A stretch of DNA of 33,699 nt, taken from positions 1 to 33,699 of the IMG/VR virus record IMGVR_UViG_3300048598_000076. One strand, written 5' to 3'. The notes under the pieces were generated by a model. The model searched no databases. It saw only the letters and a program-made list of their open reading frames with translations, and was not told the origin of the DNA. Positions 1 through 6,405 of this stretch are shown one piece after another. The stretch is from a virus. Lineage: Duplodnaviria; Caudoviricetes. Both the position numbers and the translations under genes were made by a program. Each line of letters opens with the position of its first letter. The first letter of the stretch is position 1.

Positions 1-295
1 ATCGGCACACGGGGGCTAGATTCCCTGGATCTAGTGCTAGATCAGGCCGCAAATGCAGCGGGATAATATGGTGTATAGCCTGCGTTGGCTCTGGCCGACC
101 ATGATGCAAGCCCAAAGGGTCGCAACACAACGGGAAGGCTGTAGTCATTGCGGCGCGTAGTCGCTGCCACGATACGCCACTACGGAATTTATATGCCGCT
201 CCTTGTGCGGGATTATTCCATCGCGCTTGCGCTTCCGCTAACCAATCGCGAGAATGGTTTTTTGAGTAACGGAATATTTGTGGTTTATTTGGCAT
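1..295 (-). CDS. HNH endonuclease, packaging-associated (HK97 gp74-like), 3' end truncated by the window edge
   Basis: Not in the ORF track. Manual translation from ATG 295: MPNKPQIFRY...WQRLRAAM...PLCCDP...AIHHIIPLHLRPDLALDPGNLAPVCR, which runs off position 1. The HH-x-IP...NL-x-P-x-C pattern and the position next to terS/cos on circularisation are typical. Confidence 0.88.
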   Translation of the reverse strand, partial: MPNKPQIFRYSKNHSRDWLAEAQARWNNPAQGAAYKFRSGVSWQRLRAAMTTAFPLCCDPLGLHHGRPEPTQAIHHIIPLHLRPDLALDPGNLAPVCR

Positions 296-413
296 AATGC
301 GTTTTTTGCTTGACAGATAAAAATTACCTACTCCAGATCTACATCTGGCACTATGGTATTCAATTTTGGTTTCACTCGCAAGATTCTTATCGCGACGAGT
401 TGGCGAAAAGGAA

Positions 414-692
414 TTAATCGACTGGCAAGTGAACTATCTGCTCGACTTCGCCATTGGTCCGCACCGTTGAAAGATCAGCTATTAGATTCTGTGATACATC
501 TATATTGTATCGCTCAAGCTGATACGCAAGGATAGACCCGGCTTGGATTGCGGCCTTCAATTTATTTTCAAGCGCCTCAAAAGCATCCACAAGTCTCCCG
601 CAATCGTCCGCATCGAGCTCAAGTATCACATTGTTCGATGGTTTGCTGTTCCGCTCTTTTCGGCAGTAATCTAGTATTTCGTTTGCTGTCAT
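414..692 (-). CDS. hypothetical protein (92 aa, start MTANEIL)
   Basis: Fills the gap between the HTH gene and the HNH gene; internal ATG at 692 avoids overlap with 709..1047. Confidence 0.55.
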   Translation of the reverse strand: MTANEILDYCRKERNSKPSNNVILELDADDCGRLVDAFEALENKLKAAIQAGSILAYQLERYNIDVSQNLIADLSTVRTNGEVEQIVHLPVD

Positions 693-708
693 TTTGTTAG
701 ATTTTTTA

Positions 709-1047
709 TTACAAATTAATACGCTTTTCCACCATCGCATACCGCATAGCCTCACTGCACCCGTGGCTTGCTGACCCGAGATGATGCGCAACGAGGTCAC
801 GACTTATCCCGACCTCTCGCGCAATTGCGTTCTGAGATTTTCCCTCAGCGGCCATTTTTGCGATCATCGAGAGCTGATGCGTGGTAAGCTTACACGGCCT
901 ACCCATTCTCAGGGCCAATGCACCAGCACGCAGTTCCATGATATATTTTCTGGCCTCGTTCACGGCCGCCTCGTACGTATCCGGCGCGGAATCACATATT
1001 CCCGCGAGCAAGCGTATTGCCTCTGGCTCTTTTGAGTTGTTAATCAT
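709..1047 (-). CDS. C-terminal helix-turn-helix DNA-binding protein
   Basis: GRPCKLTTHQLSMIAKMAAEGKSQNAIAREVGISRDLVAHHL resembles a resolvase/homeodomain-like HTH; directly follows the initiator gene. Confidence 0.75.
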   Translation of the reverse strand: MINNSKEPEAIRLLAGICDSAPDTYEAAVNEARKYIMELRAGALALRMGRPCKLTTHQLSMIAKMAAEGKSQNAIAREVGISRDLVAHHLGSASHGCSEAMRYAMVEKRINL

Positions 1048-1049
1048 TT

Positions 1050-1946
1050 TTATCCTATTCCTTCATTAATCCGATCGATGCAGAATTGCTGCGTGTCCCT
1101 GGGCAGTTCCGCCCAAGAGTTCGCCGGGAAAGCTCCACCCGGTCCGTATTGGCTATCCTGCACCACCTCGCGCCAACCCACAGGCTCTTTTAGCGGCTCG
1201 GCGGTAGGATGTGGCTGCCGCGCGGCAAATTCGCTCCAATGCGCCGCGAGGGCCATTGCTGTGCATGCCATCCCTCGGTAGGTCTGGCGGTACTTGGCGG
1301 CCCTGGTGTGGATCATCTCAGGTGTGAGGTCCGGTGATGCCGCACGGATCTGCTTGAGCGCCTCGCCGATTGCGCCGCCCTCGGACTTGGTGAGTTCGCC
1401 GCGTTTTCCGCTTTCTTCAGCCAGCGCGTCGAAAAGCGGGTTTGGCTCGCGCTTCTTTGCCGGCGCCTTGGCTTCCGATTCCGAAGCCTTGGAGGCGAGC
1501 ACGCCGGGTAGCAGACCCGGCACAAGACATGTTCCCTGTTCCCTGTTCCCTGTTCCCTGTTCCGTGTTGTAGGACTCCCGTAGTGCTACCTGAGGACTAC
1601 CGTAGTCCTCACTGAAGTTTATCAAACCCTTTATCCTTGAAGGTGTTGGCTTGTTGATGATTTGGTGCTTCGAGAAATTCGTAACAAATCCGTAGATACG
1701 GCCATTCACGCCAGTGTAAAGCCTCACGTATTGCGCGTTGGATAGCTCCGTGAGTCCTACCTGAATACTACGGGAGTCCTCCATGAATGGGAATAATTCA
1801 CCGCGAACAATCGCTGGAGTCGCGATGAAATAACCCTCGTCGTCGGCAAAATTTAGGAGCGCGACGGCGAGAAGCCGGGTGAAATCGGAAAGTCGGGCGA
1901 GGTCTTCATTGCGCCAGAACTCAGGCTTGATCGTGCGTATGCGCAT
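1050..1946 (-). CDS. phage replication initiator (replisome organiser-type N-terminus)
   Basis: N-terminus MRIRTIKPEFW...LLNFADDEG...NFSKHQ and EQGTGNREQG linker. Start at 1946 overlaps the upstream stop (TAATG). Confidence 0.8.
   Translation of the reverse strand: MRIRTIKPEFWRNEDLARLSDFTRLLAVALLNFADDEGYFIATPAIVRGELFPFMEDSRSIQVGLTELSNAQYVRLYTGVNGRIYGFVTNFSKHQIINKPTPSRIKGLINFSEDYGSPQVALRESYNTEQGTGNREQGTCLVPGLLPGVLASKASESEAKAPAKKREPNPLFDALAEESGKRGELTKSEGGAIGEALKQIRAASPDLTPEMIHTRAAKYRQTYRGMACTAMALAAHWSEFAARQPHPTAEPLKEPVGWREVVQDSQYGPGGAFPANSWAELPRDTQQFCIDRINEGIG
1530..1563. repeat. tandem heptamer (TGTTCCC) x4 plus a 6-nt partial copy
   Basis: Read directly; encodes EQGTGNREQGT in the initiator. 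Confidence 0.95.
1571..1780. promoter_or_regulatory. candidate replication origin iterons inside the initiator gene
   Basis: AGGACTCCCGTAGT at 1571-1584, AGGACTACCGTAGT at 1593-1606 (within the palindrome TGAGGACTAC-C-GTAGTCCTCA, 1591-1611), an exact inverted copy at 1767-1780 and a degenerate inverted copy at 1746-1758. Confidence 0.6.
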
Positions 1947-2907
1947 TATTTTTCTCCTTCGCAATTAAGTGTTTTCCATGCGAGCGCTGCCACTGCCGAA
2001 ACTTGCCCATTTCCAATGGCTTTAAGTCGGTCCACCCGATAGGCCACCCCATGAGCCACTCGACCCACTGCGGGTTCAGCGCTCCACCAACTCGAGCATC
2101 CTCCGTGGATAGAGCATTCCCGAGCCTCACTTGCTGGCCTTTCTCCATGCGCTCCTTTTTCGTTATCAAATTCCATTTGTCCGCATCCGAAGCGCATGGT
2201 GTCGGGAACCTCGACCGCGCTAGGACCGCGTGATCCAGTCTGTCGTTTTCCCGGGATGCTCCTGTTGATCTGATCAGTGTATTCATTGATGTCCCCTTGC
2301 TCATGCTTGCAGTTGGTGTGGGCCAGCGTCTCTCTCTCTCTCTTACAGCCGTTGCCAGCCCGTCTCCGCTTGTTGCGCTCGCGTTTTTGCGATTGTAGCC
2401 CCCGCATACAGTCAGCGTTGGCCACTGCCCTGATCCAGATCCGGTCTCGCTGATGAGGTGCGCCCGCGTCGGCCGCTCCGAGCACTCCCCATCTTGCATC
2501 ATACCCCATCTCGGCCAGGTCTCCGAGAACACGTCCAAGTCCGCGAGAAGTGAGCATTGGGGAGTTCTCCACGAAGACGAATCGCGGTCCCACCTCGCGA
2601 ATGATCCGTGCGAACTCGGACCACAATCCGCTGCGCTCTCCGTCGATTCCTGCTCCCTTACCGGCTGCACTGATATCCTGGCACGGAAACCCTCCAGAAA
2701 CCACGTCAACAACGCCCCGCCAAGGTCTGCCGTCAAAGGTGCGAACGTCGTCCCAAATCGGGAAAGGCGCGAGAATGCCATCATTCTGTCTGGCGCACAG
2801 TACGCTAGCGGCATAGGCGTCGATTTCAACAGCGCAGACAGTGCGCCACCCGAGCAGTTTCCCTCCGAGAATTCCGCCACCAGCGCCCGCGAATAAAGCC
2901 AGCTCAT
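1921..2907 (-). CDS. C5-methyltransferase second (beta) polypeptide in the +1 overlapping frame
   Basis: 328-codon open frame with repeated WPT(P) units and the motif IX-like LNPQWVEWLMGWPIGWTD that the alpha frame lacks; matches the M.EcoHK31I arrangement. Confidence 0.75.
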   Translation of the reverse strand: MSWLYSRALVAEFSEGNCSGGALSALLKSTPMPLAYCAPDRMMAFSRLSRFGTTFAPLTADLGGALLTWFLEGFRARISVQPVREQESTESAADCGPSSHGSFARWDRDSSSWRTPQCSLLADLDVFSETWPRWGMMQDGECSERPTRAHLISETGSGSGQWPTLTVCGGYNRKNASATSGDGLATAVRERERRWPTPTASMSKGTSMNTLIRSTGASRENDRLDHAVLARSRFPTPCASDADKWNLITKKERMEKGQQVRLGNALSTEDARVGGALNPQWVEWLMGWPIGWTDLKPLEMGKFRQWQRSHGKHLIAKEKNNAHTHDQA

Positions 2908-2911
2908 TCAA
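1946..2911 (-). CDS. DNA (cytosine-5)-methyltransferase, large (alpha) polypeptide
   Basis: Motif I LFAGAGG, IV GGFPCQ, VI ENSP, VIII HQRDRIW, X RLKAIGNG; no motif IX. Likely TTG start at 2911 behind AAGGAG (the track starts at 2935). Confidence 0.9.
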   Translation of the reverse strand: MNELALFAGAGGGILGGKLLGWRTVCAVEIDAYAASVLCARQNDGILAPFPIWDDVRTFDGRPWRGVVDVVSGGFPCQDISAAGKGAGIDGERSGLWSEFARIIREVGPRFVFVENSPMLTSRGLGRVLGDLAEMGYDARWGVLGAADAGAPHQRDRIWIRAVANADCMRGLQSQKRERNKRRRAGNGCKRERETLAHTNCKHEQGDINEYTDQINRSIPGKRQTGSRGPSAVEVPDTMRFGCGQMEFDNEKGAHGERPASEARECSIHGGCSSWWSAEPAVGRVAHGVAYRVDRLKAIGNGQVSAVAALAWKTLNCEGEK

Positions 2912-3224
2912 TGTTATCTCCTTTTCTAATTGCATTTTTCAAAAACGTTATAGTTTCTCCGCTAAAAACTCCGCTTGGCGTTGTGTGAAAAACTCTCCAT
3001 CCAAGATCGACCGCGGTGTTCCGCTTTTGTTGGTCCGCGATAAATCCCGCGCCCCGCGTGTGCCTTCCTTGGGTCCACGCGCCACCATCGACTTCAAGCG
3101 CGACTTTTTGCTCAGGCCAGGCATAATCAAATCGCCATTTTCGCGTTGCGTGGAATCTGTATTCAGGAACAGGAGCGGCGCCGACGAGTTGGGCAAGCGC
3201 CTGATGTGTTATTGAGTTGTTCAT
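2904..3224 (-). CDS. PD-(D/E)xK endonuclease, Vsr/DUF559-like
   Basis: EYRFH..RKWRFDYAWP..KVALEVDGG....GRH.RG.GF..D..K.N.A...GWRVF; start taken at MNNSIT. Confidence 0.75.
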   Translation of the reverse strand: MNNSITHQALAQLVGAAPVPEYRFHATRKWRFDYAWPEQKVALEVDGGAWTQGRHTRGAGFIADQQKRNTAVDLGWRVFHTTPSGVFSGETITFLKNAIRKGDNIE

Positions 3225-3226
3225 TG

Positions 3227-3262
3227 AAGAAAGCGGGGCACCGCAAGAGCGCAGTGCCCCGC
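3227..3262 (-). terminator. intrinsic terminator-like hairpin closing the small-gene array
   Basis: Minus strand GCGGGGCACTGC-GCTCTT-GCGGTGCCCCGC followed by TTTCTT (12-bp stem with one G.U pair). Confidence 0.65.
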
Positions 3263-3267
3263 GGTGT

Positions 3268-3393
3268 TCACTGGATTTTTGTTGCTGGGATAATGGCCCC
3301 ATCAACGGCGACCCATGCGTGGATCTTACCTGACTTGGTTTTGATCACCCCTTGCCATCCGGCAGCGGGCTGTTTGTATGGTATGTATTTCAT
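3268..3393 (-). CDS. small hypothetical protein (41 aa)
   Basis: Manual translation MKYIPYKQPAAGWQGVIKTKSGKIHAWVAVDGAIIPATKIQ; stops in TGAAC just before the hairpin. Confidence 0.6.
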   Translation of the reverse strand: MKYIPYKQPAAGWQGVIKTKSGKIHAWVAVDGAIIPATKIQ

Positions 3394-3445
3394 GGCGGAG
3401 AAGTGCCGGAAAATTTTTGCTCGCGAGCTGGGTTTCCGCTTTCGT

Positions 3446-3724
3446 TCAAGTGTTGGATTTTGTTACTCGGTCACAGGTGCGACCTTTGCTTAAATACTCT
3501 TCCAAGGCTTCCATATCCTGAGCGTTGTGGCATTCGCTCGGGAAGTGCAGGCCCGGCATACAGCACCCTGGATAATTGCAGTTCATCGTTAGTTCCTCCT
3601 GCTCGAAATCCTCATCATCTGTCCAGTCGCAATGGTTGCATCGGTCCTCACCGTCACTGCATTCCATATCGTCGATGTCGCCGCCACAGTAGCAGGCTTG
3701 TCCGCAATGAGGGCATGTGTGCAT
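3446..3724 (-). CDS. Cys/His-rich acidic protein, probably metal-binding
   Basis: CPHCGQACYC...CNHC...CNYPGCCMPGLH..ECH; AAAGGA upstream; stop lies in the junction motif. Confidence 0.7.
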   Translation of the reverse strand: MHTCPHCGQACYCGGDIDDMECSDGEDRCNHCDWTDDEDFEQEELTMNCNYPGCCMPGLHFPSECHNAQDMEALEEYLSKGRTCDRVTKSNT

Positions 3725-3830
3725 GGGTTGGTCCTTTCGTTCAGGTATTGGTCTTAACCCAGATGGGGAGCCCGGTGTTTGGATCGATTTGGAGTTCCAT
3801 AGTTTTTTTTGCTTGGTTGTTTTCGTTCAG
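3722..3830. repeat. copy B of a ~100-bp direct repeat (junction + mini-ORF + junction)
   Basis: Aligns by eye with 4502-4596, including the shared GATCCAAACACCGGGCTCCCC (minus strand). Confidence 0.9.
3741..3800 (-). CDS. 19-aa mini-ORF MELQIDPNTGLPIWVKTNT
   Basis: Manual translation; a second copy precedes the methyltransferase at 4570; stop lies in the junction motif. Confidence 0.5.
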   Translation of the reverse strand: MELQIDPNTGLPIWVKTNT

Positions 3831-4000
3831 CGCAAACGGCGCTTGGGTTGGTTGTACTTTGCGAATGCCGCTCTGCCTTTTGGCTGGGCTGGCTTTTGAC
3901 TATAACTGCTCACTGCGATTTCTTCCTCAGAAGAGCAGTACTTCCTGATGCGAATCGTGATTCGCTCGGACTCCGAACAGACTAGATAGACTGGTGTCAT
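3827..4000 (-). CDS. small basic hypothetical protein (57 aa)
   Basis: Manual translation MTPVYLVCSESERITIRIRKYC...NQPKRRLR; begins right after one junction and stops in TGAACGAAA. Confidence 0.55.
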   Translation of the reverse strand: MTPVYLVCSESERITIRIRKYCSSEEEIAVSSYSQKPAQPKGRAAFAKYNQPKRRLR

Positions 4001-4006
4001 GTTCGT

Positions 4007-4504
4007 TCAAAAGTTGGGTTTCAGGAACACAATCCAGTGTGTCTTGGCCGTGCGGCCGCATCGGTTCCCGTAGAGCGGCTTGACTGGCGTTAGAGCGAGA
4101 ATTTCCGAAACCGGAATTTGTTCCTCGTTCCATTTGAATACGAGCGTCCCGCTGATCGTTAGCACGCGGAAGCATTCGGAAAATCCGGCCCGCAATTCAT
4201 CGCGCCAGTGGACCCCAAGAACGCCATATTTCTTCGCGAGCCAGCCAGTCTTGCCAGCTCTGATTAGGTGAGGAGGATCGAAAACGACATGCGCAAACGT
4301 CAGGTCTGGGAATGGCAACGCCGTGAAATCGGCCTGGATATCCGGGTCAACGATCAGCGTCCGGATCCCGCCTTTGCTGGAAATGTCGGGTAGCTCAACG
4401 CGCTCACGTCGTTTATCCACGAACACCACGTCGGGGTTTTCGCGGTCAAACCAGAACATACGGGAGCCACAGCAGGCGTCTAAAACTGGAGGCAGTTCGG
4501 CCAT
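4007..4504 (-). CDS. class I SAM-dependent methyltransferase, probably an amino (N6-A/N4-C) DNA methyltransferase
   Basis: VLDACCGSRMFWFD SAM-binding motif and VVFDPPHL catalytic-type motif. Core start at 4504, with an in-frame extension from 4570. Confidence 0.8.
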   Translation of the reverse strand: MAELPPVLDACCGSRMFWFDRENPDVVFVDKRRERVELPDISSKGGIRTLIVDPDIQADFTALPFPDLTFAHVVFDPPHLIRAGKTGWLAKKYGVLGVHWRDELRAGFSECFRVLTISGTLVFKWNEEQIPVSEILALTPVKPLYGNRCGRTAKTHWIVFLKPNF

Positions 4505-4596
4505 GGGTCGTTTAGTTATTGGTGGCACCCAGAGGGGGAGCCCGGTGTTTGGATCAATTCGGGGTTCCATAGTTTTGCTTGGCTGTTTTCGTTCAG
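4502..4596. repeat. copy A of the ~100-bp direct repeat
   Basis: Encodes MEPRIDPNTGLPLWV; see copy B at 3722-3830. Confidence 0.9.
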
Positions 4597-4910
4597 GAGT
4601 TGATTAGTTCGTGCGCGTCGTGCCACTGCTTGTGCTTCCAAACCAGACTCTCAAATTCAAGCCTGACCTGGATTCCTCGGTGTGGATCAATGCGCATTTT
4701 GACCGCGTAGGCATATTTTCCTCCTGGCATATCAGCCGTTCGGTATGGCTTTCCGAGTCGGTATCCGCGGACTGAAGAGTTGGGTGCCATGATTCGTTCT
4801 GGCGTTTCAGCCGATTTGCGCACCACCTGAACGATTTCATCCGCACTGACTCCAATAGCGTTTTTCCTGCACAGCAGATCGTTAATATCTCTCGTGAGTT
4901 GGTCAGTCAT
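4593..4910 (-). CDS. hypothetical protein (105 aa)
   Basis: Bounded by junction motifs at both ends; AAAGGA upstream of the ATG. Confidence 0.7.
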   Translation of the reverse strand: MTDQLTRDINDLLCRKNAIGVSADEIVQVVRKSAETPERIMAPNSSVRGYRLGKPYRTADMPGGKYAYAVKMRIDPHRGIQVRLEFESLVWKHKQWHDAHELINS

Positions 4911-4925
4911 GGGTCGTTCCTTTGT

Positions 4926-5198
4926 TCAGGTGTTGGCTTGGATCTCAATGCGCTGGACCTCATTTTCCGGGATGTACATATCCTGCCACCATAGCGGCAG
5001 GATCGTATCGACCTCGTCTGAAAACTCGAACAGATCAGCATCGGCCTCAGTGGCTGGTCGAGCATCCCAGACGATGACCGTATATTTGCCCTCATCTCCA
5101 TCAATGGCTTCCTTAGCCTCTTTGATGGCCTGCTCAATAGAATCGCAGAGGCTTCCCATTTCGTCGCTTCCCAGGAATTGGTATATGTATTTTTTCAT
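4926..5198 (-). CDS. acidic hypothetical protein (90 aa, start MKKYIY)
   Basis: ATG two bases after the upstream TAA; stop in the junction motif. Confidence 0.7.
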   Translation of the reverse strand: MKKYIYQFLGSDEMGSLCDSIEQAIKEAKEAIDGDEGKYTVIVWDARPATEADADLFEFSDEVDTILPLWWQDMYIPENEVQRIEIQANT

Positions 5199-5200
5199 GT

Positions 5201-5389
5201 TTAGAATCTTGAAAATTCCAGCGTGAGGAAAAGCCACACAAAGCGGACTTCTCCTAGTCCCGGTAGAAGCAACACGGTCGGTAAAACCGAGAAACACCTG
5301 TATTGCCGCCAACGGAGCGAAACGAAAACGTGCGAGTCTCTTCCTCCTATGGAGCGATTGATGAATATTCTGATTTTGGATACTTTCAT
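5201..5389 (-). CDS. hypothetical protein (62 aa)
   Basis: ATGA overlap with the upstream gene; fills the operon gap. Confidence 0.6.
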   Translation of the reverse strand: MKVSKIRIFINRSIGGRDSHVFVSLRWRQYRCFSVLPTVLLLPGLGEVRFVWLFLTLEFSRF

Positions 5390-5973
5390 TTTGTGCCATC
5401 CCGCGCGGCGTCGATGGCGGCCCGAAATGTATCCTCGTTGAACCTACCCGTTGCGGGTGTATCAAACCAGTGGTCCGCCGTCGCAAGCCAATCAAGGCGG
5501 GCTTTGTCTTTTAAGGCTTCTGACAACTTCGCCTTGAGCTTCTCAATCTCAGCGACCAGAGAATCCGATTTGTCAGCTTCTTGTACCAGGTGACTTTCAG
5601 CTTGTGCGCATCCGGCGGCGTAGAATTCCTTTTGTAGCCTGCACTCATCTCGCTCAGAGGAGACGCGGGCCAGTTCGGCCTTGAGCTTGGCGTTTTCCTT
5701 TTCGGAGCACCAAAGCAGATTTTGCACGCAAATCTTGTCGCACTTTTCGCAGAGCACTAGGAATTCTTTATCTTTCAACTCAGCCAACAGCTTGTTGCGC
5801 GTGTCGCGGAGGCGGATAGTCGCACGGAAAAAAAGGCCATGCTTGAATGGCTTTTGTAATTCTCTCTCCAGTTTTTCCGCGTGCTCGTACATTTTACGGG
5901 CGCAATCAGCGGCGGAAATAAGCGGGTTAAAGCACGCGGCCCATGCGGCTTTCGTGCGAGGGGTGTCGCTCAT
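5386..5973 (-). CDS. coiled-coil phage protein (MSDTPRT... with C-terminal DKARLDWL...FRAAIDAA)
   Basis: ATGA overlaps at both ends; these terminal motifs are common in phage early accessory proteins. Confidence 0.7.
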   Translation of the reverse strand: MSDTPRTKAAWAACFNPLISAADCARKMYEHAEKLERELQKPFKHGLFFRATIRLRDTRNKLLAELKDKEFLVLCEKCDKICVQNLLWCSEKENAKLKAELARVSSERDECRLQKEFYAAGCAQAESHLVQEADKSDSLVAEIEKLKAKLSEALKDKARLDWLATADHWFDTPATGRFNEDTFRAAIDAARDGTK

Positions 5974-6164
5974 AGTGTGCCTCCTGTACTGTATATCAGG
6001 ATACACGCCCATATAAGCAGAGCAATTTCTGCGGCAACAACCGACAAGTAATGCCTCTGGTCTCGTTCGATTACGGTAGGCATTTCTCGAAACGCTAGAG
6101 CGTATAGCGCAACTACCAGCCGAAGGACCGAGAGCGCCGACATGACCCAGAGAAATGTACTCAT
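5970..6164 (-). CDS. small two-TM membrane protein
   Basis: Two hydrophobic segments; ATGA overlaps on both sides. Confidence 0.65.
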   Translation of the reverse strand: MSTFLWVMSALSVLRLVVALYALAFREMPTVIERDQRHYLSVVAAEIALLIWACILIYSTGGTL

Positions 6165-6403
6165 AGCGCGCCTCCATTTCTAAATTGCAGATCACGCGGC
6201 GCGTTTTCCTGACTGAACCGCCCGAGAACATCCCGGCGCGGACGCATCTTATTTATCTGCCAGTGCGCCAGCCGGTCGAAAAAACCGTTCTGCCATCCAA
6301 TAGCCAGATACTTTTCTTTGCTCGAAAGTTTACCGAAAACGTATCCGGCTAAAAAGACCAGCACCGAAGCAAACGCGATGGCGAGTATGTGTATTGTTTC
6401 CAT
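6161..6403 (-). CDS. single-TM membrane protein (80 aa, start METIHIL)
   Basis: N-terminal hydrophobic helix and basic tail containing RDVLGRF. Confidence 0.6.
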   Translation of the reverse strand: METIHILAIAFASVLVFLAGYVFGKLSSKEKYLAIGWQNGFFDRLAHWQINKMRPRRDVLGRFSQENAPRDLQFRNGGAL

Positions 6404-6405
6404 GG

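Noticed and set aside
310-345. TTGACA as a plus-strand sigma70 promoter
   Set aside because: No credible -10 element at 16-18 bp and no convincing downstream plus-strand gene.
3722-4596. CRISPR array, or DGR template/variable repeat pair
   Set aside because: Only two long copies with gene-sized spacing; differences are not confined to adenines; no cas or reverse transcriptase gene seen.
3268-5212. Integron cassette array with attC sites
   Set aside because: Junctions contain AAC at the stops, but gaps are mostly under 30 bp with no attC-length imperfect palindrome, and no integron integrase is visible.
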